DNA of 64,000 nt from an uncultured Candidatus Saccharibacteria bacterium (GTDB lineage Bacteria > Patescibacteriota > Saccharimonadia > Saccharimonadales > JALRHH01). The DNA lies in assembly GCA_964474995.1 (NCBI GenBank), contig CAYYUY010000005.1, positions 7,816-71,815 on the forward strand, in the 5' to 3' direction. A program made the position numbers and the translations under genes. Positions 28,323 through 38,149 of this stretch are shown piece by piece (position 1 is the first letter of the stretch; every line of letters begins with the position of its first letter). Under the pieces are notes generated by a model. The model searched no databases, had not been told where the DNA came from, and saw nothing but the letters and a program-made list of their open reading frames with translations.

Positions 28323-29723
28323 ATGAAACTCTATAACACACTGACCAAACAAGTTGATATCATTCAGCCAATCCACGCCCCGCGCGTGACGGTCTACACC
28401 TGTGGCCCAACCGTTTACGACTATCCGCACGTCGGTAACTGGTTTACCTTTATTCGTTATGACCTGCTCGTACGTAGCCTCAAAGCCGGCGGCCTGCAGC
28501 CAAAATGGGTGATGAATATTACCGATGTCGGTCACCTCGTAAGCGACGCAGATGATGGCGAAGACAAACTCGAAAAAGGCGCCAAACGTGAAGGCAAAAC
28601 TGCCTGGGATGTAGCCAAACTCTACGGCGATTATTTTGTAGAAGGGCTGACGAGGCTCAATATCAGCGCACCTGACTTTTTGCCAAGAGCCACTGATCAT
28701 ATTGCAGAACAAATCGAGCTCGTCCAGACACTCGAGTCAAAAGGTTTTACCTATGTGATTGATGACGGTGTGTACTACGACACCAGTAAGTTTGAAGGCT
28801 ACGCAGCATTTGCGCGCCTTGATCTTGATGATCAACAAGCAGGCGCTCGAGTAGAACACAACCCACAGAAGCGAAATGCCAGTGACTTCGCACTCTGGAA
28901 GATCAGCCCACCCGACACTAAGCGTGATATGGAATGGGATAGCCCGTGGGGTAAAGGCTTTCCAGGCTGGCACCTTGAATGTTCAGCTATGAGCATGAAA
29001 TATCTTGGCAATACCATGGACATTCATTCTGGGGGCATTGACCACATTCCAGTACACCACACTAACGAGATCGCACAGTCAGAAGCAGCAACTGGTGAGC
29101 GCTTTGCAAATTATTGGATGCACACCAATCACATATCAGTAAACGGCGACAAAATATCAAAGTCGCTCGGCAATGGTATTACCCTTGAAGACATAGAGGC
29201 CAGAGGCTTTAGCTTAGAAGCATTTCGTCTGCACGTACTTGAAAGTCACTACCATAGCCAAAGTAAATTCAGTTGGGAAAGCCTTCAGGCTGCACAGAAT
29301 CGCTTAAGCGCGTATCAAGCAATGGCAGACCATTCTTATCAAACACACCCAGAGGGCGGCGTTACAGAGGCAGTCGTACAGGATTTGCAGACAAGAGTTC
29401 TTGGATTACTGCAAGATGACCTCAATACACCCGAGGCCCTTGCCGAACTGAGTCAATTTGAGTCACTAGTCGATAATAGTGGCGTCAATGCGACCGCCAA
29501 CAATGCATTTGCAACACTTCTACAATTCCTTGATGACGTTCTTGGATTGCAGCTTAGCAGCAGACAAAACATAACCAGTGAGCTACGAACGCTCCTGGAC
29601 AGCCGTCAAACTGCTCGTGACAGCAAAGACTGGGCAAGTTCTGACAAACTACGCGAAGAGCTATTGTCACAAGGCCTAGAAATCAAAGACACACCTCGTG
29701 GCCAAGTTTGGCATCAAGTTTAA
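28323..29723 (+). CDS. cysS: cysteine--tRNA ligase
   Basis: HIGH-type motif CGPTVYDYPHVGN; KMSKS variant KISKSLGN; zinc-binding residues; 466 aa. Confidence 0.95.
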   Translation: MKLYNTLTKQVDIIQPIHAPRVTVYTCGPTVYDYPHVGNWFTFIRYDLLVRSLKAGGLQPKWVMNITDVGHLVSDADDGEDKLEKGAKREGKTAWDVAKLYGDYFVEGLTRLNISAPDFLPRATDHIAEQIELVQTLESKGFTYVIDDGVYYDTSKFEGYAAFARLDLDDQQAGARVEHNPQKRNASDFALWKISPPDTKRDMEWDSPWGKGFPGWHLECSAMSMKYLGNTMDIHSGGIDHIPVHHTNEIAQSEAATGERFANYWMHTNHISVNGDKISKSLGNGITLEDIEARGFSLEAFRLHVLESHYHSQSKFSWESLQAAQNRLSAYQAMADHSYQTHPEGGVTEAVVQDLQTRVLGLLQDDLNTPEALAELSQFESLVDNSGVNATANNAFATLLQFLDDVLGLQLSSRQNITSELRTLLDSRQTARDSKDWASSDKLREELLSQGLEIKDTPRGQVWHQV

Positions 29724-29734
29724 CTGATCGTACT

Positions 29735-30841
29735 TTAGCTAATTTCTTGTTTGACTTCTGATGGGGTCAAAATGTTTCGCGATTCAAGATAATCAAGTAC
29801 CAAGATGCGGGCACAACCGGCTACAGGAATAGCAACCAGTCCGCCAAAGAGTCCGCCAAAACTGATACCAACTAGTACTGACGAAAACACAAGTAGCGGT
29901 GACATATTGGTAGAGTTCGACTGAATACGTGGCTGTACAACATAGTTTTCGATCTGCTGGTAGAGAATGTAGTAGGCAAGTACGATCAACGCCGTGACTG
30001 GTGACTGGAATAGTGCAACGGTACTGACAATTACTGCGCCAATGGTGTGGCCAACCATTGGAATAAGTCCACAAATGAAGATGATAACCATGAGTGCAAT
30101 CGGATAGCTGACGCCGAGGATGAATAGCACTGGCACAATGAGTACAGCAGCCAGCGCCGCCAACAGTACCTGACCGTTGACGTAGCCTTTTATAACTTTA
30201 TACATTTCCTGTGCTAACCAATCAGCATGTTCACGTTGTTTTGGACGAATGAAACGGCGCATGAACGACACCCAATGTGGACCTTCTGTCAGCATCATAA
30301 ATGTCAGTACCAGTACGGTTAACGTTGCAAAGATACTGCTACCAATGTGGCTGACCGTGCTAAATGCAGTACTGCCAATATTGCTCACCCGTGAAGAAAG
30401 CTGACTAGATAATTTATCAACTTGGCCCTGTAACTTATGCTCTCGAACAAAGTGGCCGAGTGAGCTATCATCACTTCGAATATCTTGCACTAGTTTTGGT
30501 GCATGTTCCAAAAAGTCTGATGTTTGTGTCACAAGAGGTGGCACAATACTCGCAAAGAATCCAAAGAGTAGGGCAATCACAATAAAGAATGAAGCGGCAG
30601 TTCCCAGCGTACGGTTACCACGACGTTTGCCTGGAAGTCGCTGTGATACCCAATGAACCGGTGCATTGAGTGCTAGTGCCAGAAATACAGCAGTGAATAT
30701 CAGAAGCAGCGCGTGTGCGGCCTTATCAAGTGCAGCGAGAAACAGTAATGAAACGATAACGAGCCCGACAACACGGACAACCGTTCGATTAGAAACCGTT
30801 AGCTCAATCTCGTCTGGGGTGTTTTTTCGTTTAAATATCAT
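29735..30841 (-). CDS. AI-2E family (UPF0118/PerM-like) transporter
   Basis: Eight predicted TM helices and family-typical central loop. ATG at 30841 (MIFKRKN) avoids overlap with the upstream GT4; the ORF is open to 30871. Confidence 0.7.
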   Translation of the reverse strand: MIFKRKNTPDEIELTVSNRTVVRVVGLVIVSLLFLAALDKAAHALLLIFTAVFLALALNAPVHWVSQRLPGKRRGNRTLGTAASFFIVIALLFGFFASIVPPLVTQTSDFLEHAPKLVQDIRSDDSSLGHFVREHKLQGQVDKLSSQLSSRVSNIGSTAFSTVSHIGSSIFATLTVLVLTFMMLTEGPHWVSFMRRFIRPKQREHADWLAQEMYKVIKGYVNGQVLLAALAAVLIVPVLFILGVSYPIALMVIIFICGLIPMVGHTIGAVIVSTVALFQSPVTALIVLAYYILYQQIENYVVQPRIQSNSTNMSPLLVFSSVLVGISFGGLFGGLVAIPVAGCARILVLDYLESRNILTPSEVKQEIS

Positions 30842-30848
30842 ACGGTTA

Positions 30849-31973
30849 TTATTGCACGTTCCGTCGTGCACGCAACCCCTGTTCGTAGACGGTCAACCAC
30901 TGCGCACCAACCACATTGACGTCGTAGGCCATTACGGCTGCTTGTTGCTTGGCGTGGACATCCTTACGATAATCAGGAAATTCAATCATGGTTTGTAGCT
31001 TTTCAGCAAAGTGCTGGATGTCATGTGGATCAACAATGATCTCGGGCCACTCACCGATAACACTGCGGTAACCGAGGTTATCACCGCCCATCACTACCCC
31101 GGAGCCAGCGGCCATTGCCTCAATCAGCACGATACCAAAGCTTTCACCACCGAGTGAAGGAAATACCGCGATGTCTGCTGCCTCCAGGAAGGCAGGCTTA
31201 TCAGCTTCTGAAATAAATCCGCTAAACTCAACAATATTTTTGAGTTGGTGTGACTGCACAAATGCCTTGAGTTCGGCATCAAGGGCACCTTTGCCGGCAA
31301 GTCGAACGATGAGACTCTCGCGGATATTTTCCGGCAACATCGCGAGTGCCTTGAGAAGCTCTAGTGAACCTTTTCGGGGAACCAACCTGCCAAGAAATGC
31401 AATTACGAGCTTACCGGAACGTTGAGTTGGCTTCGTACGAAAGGCCGCTACATCAACCACATTTGGCAGTACCTTGGCATGTACATGAAAGCTACTCTCC
31501 GCAAATGCACGCGCCGCATCAGACACCGCATAGATCGCATCAAATCGTTTCAATGTACTACGAAGCCATACACCAAGCGCATGTGTTGCAGCGCGTTCTA
31601 GCCGAGAAAAAGGCAAAATATGAAACGTACCGACGACTGCCGTCGTAGTCGGCGTAACCTGGATAACGCGTGCAGCCATGAAGGGACTGTAGGGCATTTG
31701 GACATGCACCACATCAAGTTCAAGCGAGTTCAACAGCTCACGCAAGCGTCGTTTTGAAGTTGGCAAGGGAATAGTCAGCTTATTGCCATTAAACTTCACC
31801 GGCAAATTGCGTGCCACACTATGCACATTTGGAATGTCAGTTCGGGTTGTTTGTCCCACGATGTAATGTACCTCGTGTCCTTGAGACGAAAGCCAGCCAC
31901 CAAGAGTCAACGCGTACTGTTGCACACCATCAGGTTTGTCGAGCGTATCGTCAAGTACAAACCCAATTTTCAT
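30849..31973 (-). CDS. GT4-family glycosyltransferase (PimA-like)
   Basis: MKIGFVLDDTLDKPDGVQQY N-terminus; C-terminal GT4 E-x7-E region FPSLGGESFGIVLIEAMAAG. Confidence 0.8.
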   Translation of the reverse strand: MKIGFVLDDTLDKPDGVQQYALTLGGWLSSQGHEVHYIVGQTTRTDIPNVHSVARNLPVKFNGNKLTIPLPTSKRRLRELLNSLELDVVHVQMPYSPFMAARVIQVTPTTTAVVGTFHILPFSRLERAATHALGVWLRSTLKRFDAIYAVSDAARAFAESSFHVHAKVLPNVVDVAAFRTKPTQRSGKLVIAFLGRLVPRKGSLELLKALAMLPENIRESLIVRLAGKGALDAELKAFVQSHQLKNIVEFSGFISEADKPAFLEAADIAVFPSLGGESFGIVLIEAMAAGSGVVMGGDNLGYRSVIGEWPEIIVDPHDIQHFAEKLQTMIEFPDYRKDVHAKQQAAVMAYDVNVVGAQWLTVYEQGLRARRNVQ

Positions 31974-32132
31974 AAGAACCTACTCTGATTTGCTTGATGG
32001 CTAAAATTCCAAGATCTGTCACTTTCAGTCGATTTTTTGTTGTCTCGTACCTCATGGGTACGCTCAACAGCCAAGAAAATTGACTGAAAATCATAACATC
32101 TTTTGGAATTCGCTTTCATCATACAGATCAGC

Positions 32133-33257
32133 CTAGGCTCTCTTGTGTTCCTTGCAGGCTTTTTTGTAGAGCTTTTCGTATTGGTCAACGATCCGCGGGT
32201 AATCAAATTGCTTGATGTAATCGAGTGACCAGTCGTTCCACGTATCACGCATACCTTTGTCGCTCAAAAAAAGTAGTAAGCGCCTCGAGAAATCGACACT
32301 GTCCTTTGGCGTCACGAGCCCAAGTGCACCACGCTCGCGCAGCACACTGGCATAGCCAGGATTGGCACCAGCTACGACTGGGCGACCGCAAGCCATTGCC
32401 TCGAGTAATACGATGCCAAAACTTTCACCGTAGACCGCAGGTGAACAAAAAACATCAGCCGACTGCATCAAGTGAATCTTATCGGCGTCTTCAATGTAGC
32501 CAAGGAATTCAACATTCTGTAACCCAAGCTCATCGGCATATTCAGTCAATTTTTTGCGGTCTGGGCCGTCACCAGCAATCAATAACTGCGCATTTGGCAT
32601 TTCTGCCTGCACCAACGCAAACGCACGAAGCAAATACTTCACACCCTTGCGCTTTTCGAGGCGGCCAATATAGAAGATGGTTGGGGCACTCAGTTTAGCG
32701 CGCGGTTTGACAGAGTATTTGGTCAGATCAATCCCGTTTGGAATGATTGTAATTTCTGCGTCGCTGAGCTGCCGTAAGTAGTCAGTCGCTGGTTCGGAGA
32801 CCGCGGTAAATACATCGATATACTTGAGAATTGACTTGGTATACGGCGTAATGACACGTTCAAGCGTCTTGCTCACACGTGTATCAGGCATCTTGGAGTG
32901 AAACGTAGCAACATTGATAGTGTTACTGCGAGTCAGAATCTGGCGACTAATAATTGGGATCCATGGCTCGTGAAAGTGTAGTAAGTCAAACTTTTGCTCT
33001 TCCAATACTTGTTCAACACGCTCACCACTGGCCGTTGCTGATACCTGTGCCGTCGTTGCAAATGGAGACTTGAAGTCAGCAGAACCACCAAGAAAGATCA
33101 TGTTGTCAGGTGTTGGGCCGTCATAACCACGTGGCTGTGGTGTGATAATTACTGCTGTATGGCCGCGTTTTTGCAGCTCAGCTTGGGTGGCCAGGATACA
33201 TTCCTGCACACCACCGCTTTTGAAAATATTGTACGGAGATACGAGACCAATTTTCAT
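32133..33257 (-). CDS. GT4-family glycosyltransferase (paralogue of the preceding gene)
   Basis: MKIGLVSPYNIFKSGGVQECILATQAELQKRGH; C-terminal CSPAVYGESFGIVLLEAMACG. Confidence 0.8.
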   Translation of the reverse strand: MKIGLVSPYNIFKSGGVQECILATQAELQKRGHTAVIITPQPRGYDGPTPDNMIFLGGSADFKSPFATTAQVSATASGERVEQVLEEQKFDLLHFHEPWIPIISRQILTRSNTINVATFHSKMPDTRVSKTLERVITPYTKSILKYIDVFTAVSEPATDYLRQLSDAEITIIPNGIDLTKYSVKPRAKLSAPTIFYIGRLEKRKGVKYLLRAFALVQAEMPNAQLLIAGDGPDRKKLTEYADELGLQNVEFLGYIEDADKIHLMQSADVFCSPAVYGESFGIVLLEAMACGRPVVAGANPGYASVLRERGALGLVTPKDSVDFSRRLLLFLSDKGMRDTWNDWSLDYIKQFDYPRIVDQYEKLYKKACKEHKRA

Positions 33258-33277
33258 ACTTGTCTCTAGTATACCAT

Positions 33278-34207
33278 CTAGAACTTCGCGAGCTGCTTGC
33301 GAATCTTCTTTGGAATAAGTGGTGCGGCCGTTTTGACGTCTGCAATAACGCTCGGTGCATGACGATCAAGCTTAGATTCGGCAGCAGTGAAGTCCGTAAA
33401 TATCACACGCATGTGCTGTTCGACATTATGCTTGTCAAAGTACTGGTCAATTTTGGTGTACACATGCCAGACGGGCAGGGCAACTTGCTTATGACAGTTA
33501 TTTACCGTTAGCATTTCGTATGTGGTGGCCATGTGCGTCCGTGGGTCATTGGCATGCCATAGGTGTACTTCGGCGTCCATCAGTAGCTTGTGTTCTTTGG
33601 CTTCTACGCCAGCAAATTTCTTCTTGGCATTGTGTGTTTTGGCATAAATTGCGCGCAAGATAGCCGGATGCAAGGCAACATTTTGGAAAAAGATCGATGG
33701 CAATTTATAGGATAGAGACTTCGAGGCAAGCTTGTAGGCAGTATGTCGGCGTTTACTAAAGCTAAAGTCATCGTAGTGCGAAAAACCGACAACACTCACG
33801 AACATATCAACCTTCTTGGCGAGTTCTGGGTAACGTTGCAGCATGCGAGTGGCAACGATGAAGCCAAATGACAGGCCGACAATGCTCACACGGCGTCGGC
33901 TATAGTGCATTTTTACGAAGGCAGCGAGGTAATCAGCCAAGTTATCAAGTGTTGGTTTTTCGCCAATTTTATAGAAGCTATCCATGCCGCCAAAACCAGG
34001 TAGATCAGGCGCCGTAACAGCTCCGTATTGGTTGAGATCTTGGATTAGTCCCCACCAACGCTCCAAACTTGAATGGTGACCATACACAAACAATATTTCA
34101 CGTCGTTTGCCAGTAGGCGCAGGCATACGAAGCATACGACCGTGCAGGCCGTTCATATAGAGCGGGATGATGTAATCACCGGGATTACGGACTTCGGTAT
34201 TAGACAT
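33278..34207 (-). CDS. alpha/beta-fold hydrolase
   Basis: Nucleophile elbow GLSFG, HGxxS-type oxyanion region (VYGHHSSLERW); 309 aa. Confidence 0.65.
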   Translation of the reverse strand: MSNTEVRNPGDYIIPLYMNGLHGRMLRMPAPTGKRREILFVYGHHSSLERWWGLIQDLNQYGAVTAPDLPGFGGMDSFYKIGEKPTLDNLADYLAAFVKMHYSRRRVSIVGLSFGFIVATRMLQRYPELAKKVDMFVSVVGFSHYDDFSFSKRRHTAYKLASKSLSYKLPSIFFQNVALHPAILRAIYAKTHNAKKKFAGVEAKEHKLLMDAEVHLWHANDPRTHMATTYEMLTVNNCHKQVALPVWHVYTKIDQYFDKHNVEQHMRVIFTDFTAAESKLDRHAPSVIADVKTAAPLIPKKIRKQLAKF

Positions 34208-34264
34208 AACGTTATATGAACTCTACGGTTTTTTTGCCTCGAGAGCAACCCCTTGAGTGTCAGG

Positions 34265-35149
34265 TTACTCGTAAAGTACGGCTTTACCGACCCAGACATA
34301 TTCCCACGGTTCTGGCTCAGGCCCTTGCTCGGACGCGCCAGCAGGGTAGCTCGGTATCCAACCAAACTGCTTGGCATGCAAGTAATTGTTGGCATTTAAC
34401 CATTTAAAGCAGCTACTAGTTCCGAAGTTACCCGTGCCGTCTTCACACCAGAAATCAACAGTATAGCCTGTGTGGTGACGCGAATAGCCTGGGACCGCTG
34501 TAACGTCCAAATTGGCTTCCACGGCGGCATCAGCCTCGCCAGCAGCAACCATATCAACTGTCACACCACGTGCCAGCAAACGTTGCATAAACAAATCTCT
34601 TTGCCACTCGGGTGAACGATATGCAGATAGTAACGCCAACGGCACATTGTCTTTGGTGGCAGCGGCTTTTATGCCTTCCCAGCCCTTAAATGCCAGGGGC
34701 TGTAACAAATCGTCGGTTTCACCTTGTAATAGTGGTTCATTCGTCTTCACGAGTGCAGTGACCGGGATGCGTGTTTGCTGAAAACCACGAGCTTCTACGA
34801 TCTTTCGGATTCGCTCATCTGCGATAAGATTGCCCGTTATCTCAGGAGGCTCTATAAATGCCTCAGTATTTGGGTATGACTGCATGACGTTACGGTACAA
34901 ATCTCTAAATTGGTTGCCAGTGAATTGTTTCGGTGTATTGAGTTTAGCGACCGGCAGCTGTATTGGGCCATCTTTAACATGATTAACACCACCACCGTCG
35001 AAACGTCGAAACACATGCTTATCAGCAGCCACGTTGAGTCCAAAAATGATGACAAAAACTGCCACGATCCCGCTTGCGACCACAAACAAACGTCGATAGG
35101 ATCGACGCTTTCGTTTTACTTGGATGTGGCGTGGTTCGATAACCCTCAT
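34265..35149 (-). CDS. VanY-like D-alanyl-D-alanine carboxypeptidase (peptidase M15B), membrane-anchored
   Basis: N-terminal TM anchor; SAYRSPEWQ, SRHHTGYTVDF (H-x6-D) and EPWEYVWVG (ExxH-like) motifs of the VanY/M15 family. Confidence 0.7.
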   Translation of the reverse strand: MRVIEPRHIQVKRKRRSYRRLFVVASGIVAVFVIIFGLNVAADKHVFRRFDGGGVNHVKDGPIQLPVAKLNTPKQFTGNQFRDLYRNVMQSYPNTEAFIEPPEITGNLIADERIRKIVEARGFQQTRIPVTALVKTNEPLLQGETDDLLQPLAFKGWEGIKAAATKDNVPLALLSAYRSPEWQRDLFMQRLLARGVTVDMVAAGEADAAVEANLDVTAVPGYSRHHTGYTVDFWCEDGTGNFGTSSCFKWLNANNYLHAKQFGWIPSYPAGASEQGPEPEPWEYVWVGKAVLYE

Positions 35150-35226
35150 AAATCATTACCAGTATACATAAAAATCCGGCCGGGCGCTCGTATTTAAGAT
35201 GTAAAATGAGTAGTATTAGGTACTGA

Positions 35227-36009
35227 TTACTTTAGGCGCATACTCAAGCCGAGCCCGCCAAACACCTCGCAGGTAAATACTGGCACGGTTACGGTGCTCA
35301 ATATTTCGTCGTAGCGGTAACCAAGCCCATTGAACTCTCGTAGCTTAGCCAGATCATTGATCCTATTCGTGATAAGCCAGCTCGCAAACGCCCCTCTGGC
35401 AATTTTGGTATGTACCGTTACAAAGGTTAGTTTACCGGTTTTCTGGCTTCTCGTTAGAAATGATGGCGTCGTGATGTGTGTTGTATCGACATACGGTGTG
35501 ATAGTTTTGCTATATTCTACGGCTGCGAGATTAATGATTGGCACCCCTTGTGGCAGTGTGGCGGCAATTACATTTCCCCAATACTTGTACGCCGTTCGGT
35601 ATGGCTCATCTGGCAATTTGTAGCCCATTTCAAACCTATAAGGAGCGATGCCATCAAGCGGACGCAGTATGCCATACAGCCCAGACAAAATTCTGAGTGT
35701 ACGATTGGCGTACTCTCGATCCTCAACTGACCATAACTGCACTTGTAGACCGCTGTAGATATCACCAAGGAAACTATCAACGGCTGGCCGCTGCAGATTC
35801 CATTGCGAAGACCATTCATCTATCTGCTTCTTGGTCTTAATGGCCAACGGCTCAGATATGGCCATTACTTTCATAATCTGGTCAGTTGTAAGTGTTTTGA
35901 GATAATTGTGTAGCTCAACAGCACACTCGAGTAGTTCAGGCTGATCGAAGTGATCACTTGTCGATGCTATTGGCCGCATCGTCTTTGAAGAATGAATCAG
36001 AATTATCAT
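35227..36009 (-). CDS. yaaA: YaaA-family (UPF0246/DUF328) peroxide-stress protein
   Basis: MIILIHSSKTM N-terminus and overall length (260 aa) match YaaA. Confidence 0.75.
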   Translation of the reverse strand: MIILIHSSKTMRPIASTSDHFDQPELLECAVELHNYLKTLTTDQIMKVMAISEPLAIKTKKQIDEWSSQWNLQRPAVDSFLGDIYSGLQVQLWSVEDREYANRTLRILSGLYGILRPLDGIAPYRFEMGYKLPDEPYRTAYKYWGNVIAATLPQGVPIINLAAVEYSKTITPYVDTTHITTPSFLTRSQKTGKLTFVTVHTKIARGAFASWLITNRINDLAKLREFNGLGYRYDEILSTVTVPVFTCEVFGGLGLSMRLK

Positions 36010-36016
36010 GAAAATC

Positions 36017-36619
36017 TTAAATCAATGTTTGCCAGTAGTACCAAAAGTGGTGGAGGATAGCCACAATAATTGCCAGATACCAGACGACGAGCACATCGCC
36101 GTGATGTACCTGCAAAAATATCCCTAGCTTCTTGAAACGAGCCGGAAGTTGTATATGACCCTCTCGGAAGTTATACAGCGTCGTGTACCAAAATATCGGG
36201 ATGGTGACAGACCAGACAACCATACAGTACGGACAAAGCGCCTGGATGCTATACACACTCTGAAAGAATAACCACGTGATGAAGCTGACGCCGAACAACG
36301 CACCGATGTTCAAGCCAATCCAGAACCAACGCTTGAATTTCGCGCCTGCCAGCATCGCCATCCCAATTGTTATAACAATTGGGAAACCTGCCAACCCAAT
36401 AATTGGGTTCGGAAAGCCAAACACCGAGCCCTGCCATGAACTCATGACGTTACCACAGCTAATGATTGGATTGATGCTACATGACGGCTTATACGCAGGA
36501 TTAGTTAGTAGATGAATTTTTTCGTACATGATTATAAATGCACAGATAAAGCCAACGATACCGCCAATTACCAGGATGTAAGGAAGTGCCTTTTGTAATG
36601 TTCGCTGTTTCTTGGCCAT
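36017..36619 (-). CDS. vitamin K epoxide reductase (VKOR) family protein
   Basis: Four-TM core with CSINPIISCGN and CPYC redox motifs. Confidence 0.75.
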   Translation of the reverse strand: MAKKQRTLQKALPYILVIGGIVGFICAFIIMYEKIHLLTNPAYKPSCSINPIISCGNVMSSWQGSVFGFPNPIIGLAGFPIVITIGMAMLAGAKFKRWFWIGLNIGALFGVSFITWLFFQSVYSIQALCPYCMVVWSVTIPIFWYTTLYNFREGHIQLPARFKKLGIFLQVHHGDVLVVWYLAIIVAILHHFWYYWQTLI

Positions 36620-36773
36620 TCACAGTATCATAGCAAAAAACCCGGTCAATACGGCCGAGTTTTACAAAATACAGGGTTGTGTGAGTGCGGGTGGGAGATA
36701 GTAAAGATATATGTCGTGACGCCAAGGCGACACGTCACATCTTCAAGATCTCACCGTACCCGCACTCTGTTGC

Positions 36774-37097
36774 TCATCCGCGTCTGCGCGCCCAAATGAT
36801 ATGGACACCGATTATGACAGCAATACTGATAGATGACATGACGAGTGCGATGTGAATTTTGCCAGGAGACATCGGACTAAGAGATTCCCCTGACTTACGA
36901 ATCGACATGACCAAGAAACTGATCGCAGTGACACCCAGAGAACTCAGTGTAGCCAATCCAATAACGCCTACGCGCTCTTTGGTTGTCCTGATTTCCCAAT
37001 TCGTGGGCTCTTGTTTATCGCGATGTAGTTTGTCTTGCTGTAGATCTCCCGCTTGGTTTGATCGAACAAACAATTCATTTCCTCTCAGAAGGGGCAT
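36774..37097 (-). CDS. small hypothetical membrane protein (start uncertain)
   Basis: ORF with two hydrophobic segments; no support other than the open frame. Confidence 0.25.
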   Translation of the reverse strand: MPLLRGNELFVRSNQAGDLQQDKLHRDKQEPTNWEIRTTKERVGVIGLATLSSLGVTAISFLVMSIRKSGESLSPMSPGKIHIALVMSSISIAVIIGVHIIWARRRG

Positions 37098-37164
37098 TAC
37101 GGACGTTCCGCAACCCGTTCTAGTATGACGAATAACTATAATTCTGAAGTGTTATTCTTCACAT

Positions 37165-37674
37165 TTACTGGGGTGGCAAGTTGCCCTTGTCGCCTGGGCA
37201 GGTAATGGAATCTATTTGGAGCGCACCATTCAATACTACGGTTGTAACAATTGTCGATTTTGTGCCGTCTGGATATTCTGCAACTGCACTGACGGTCGCC
37301 ACAGGACCAGTTGAAACCAGTAAAGCGGTAACCTTGATGGGCATAACTGTTGAACAGATAATTGGGTCAAATCCGTGTTGATAGTATTGGTCGTAGAACA
37401 CAAGATTCTTACTGCCATAACCATCTATCATTCTCGGTCTAAATTCTGGTTTGGTGTTTGGATTTATATACTGCCGATAGAAGTTACTGACTTGCTGTGT
37501 AGCCACGTCACCATCTACGTACGGGATAACGTGATGCGGTGGTGGCATAGCGGGTTCTGAACTTGGCACTATATGATATAGCGCCTGATTGGCCAAGAAT
37601 CCTACGAGGACTGCTCCTAACACGATTAGTAACGGAAGGTATTTGTACTTTGCTTTCTGAACTTTTTTAGCCAT
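37165..37674 (-). CDS. hypothetical exported/membrane-anchored protein
   Basis: MAKKVQKAKYKYLPLLIVLGAVLVGFLANQ signal-anchor; 169 aa. Confidence 0.5.
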   Translation of the reverse strand: MAKKVQKAKYKYLPLLIVLGAVLVGFLANQALYHIVPSSEPAMPPPHHVIPYVDGDVATQQVSNFYRQYINPNTKPEFRPRMIDGYGSKNLVFYDQYYQHGFDPIICSTVMPIKVTALLVSTGPVATVSAVAEYPDGTKSTIVTTVVLNGALQIDSITCPGDKGNLPPQ

Positions 37675-37744
37675 ATATCAAGCATAAGAGACATGGACTT
37701 TTACACCAAATAAAAAAGACGTAACCGCTGATCTTTTCTTGCTT

Positions 37745-37768
37745 TGGCGAGGGCGGAGGGATTCGACC
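37745..37768 (-). repeat. degenerate copy of the 3' end (T-arm plus acceptor plus CCA) of tRNA-Gln
   Basis: tggcgagggcggagggattcgacc versus tggctagggcggagggattcgaacc at 37902-37926 (one substitution, one deletion). Confidence 0.5.
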
Positions 37769-37871
37769 TTATGGGCAAAGAAAATTACTTTGCCAACATA
37801 ACTGCTTCGCAGCAAGGGCGGCCAAAGCCCACTGGGCTTTGTCGTTCAAATCCACCTCCCGAAATCAAGCA

Positions 37872-37897
37872 AAAAGCCGGTCTTTCGACCGACTCTT
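37872..37897 (-). terminator. rho-independent terminator of tRNA-Gln
   Basis: On the minus strand: GTCGGTC-GAAA-GACCGGC stem-loop followed by TTTTT, immediately 3' of the tRNA. Confidence 0.5.
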
Positions 37898-37901
37898 AGC
37901 T

Positions 37902-37976
37902 TGGCTAGGGCGGAGGGATTCGAACCCCCGAATGCCAGTACCAAAAACTGGTGCCTTACCACTTGGCGACGCCCTA
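37902..37976 (-). tRNA. glnT: tRNA-Gln (anticodon UUG), CCA encoded
   Basis: The reverse complement folds as TAGGGCG-TC-GCC-AAGTGGTAA-GGC-A-CCAGT-TTTTGGT-ACTGG-CATTC-GGGGG-TTCGAAT-CCCTC-CGCCCTA-G-CCA. U1:A72 pair and 3-bp D-stem are typical of bacterial tRNA-Gln. Confidence 0.8.
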
Positions 37977-38069
37977 ATATGTAGATGTTAATTGCATTTT
38001 ATTGTCTTGCGTGACATTTGGTACCGAGCCGGTACCTCTTAACTATTTGTTGTCACAAGCGACAACTGG

Positions 38070-38100
38070 CTGGTGCCTTACCACCCAAGCGACGCCCTAA
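38070..38100 (-). repeat. degenerate copy of the 5' half (acceptor plus D-arm plus anticodon stem) of tRNA-Gln
   Basis: ctggtgccttaccacccaagcgacgccctaa versus ctggtgccttaccacttggcgacgccctaat at 37948-37978. Confidence 0.5.
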
Positions 38101-38149
38101 TAACTTAGAATCAAGTTAACAGATAGATTTTACAGAAAAAGTGCTCATA

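Noticed and set aside
37745-37870. Possible tmRNA, intron-containing tRNA or permuted tRNA between the exported-protein gene and tRNA-Gln
   Set aside because: Only the last ~24 nt resemble a tRNA 3' end. There is no matching 5' acceptor strand and no tag-peptide-like reading frame ending in ALAA-stop, and the length does not fit a tRNA plus variable arm. It is kept as a degenerate tRNA-fragment repeat instead.
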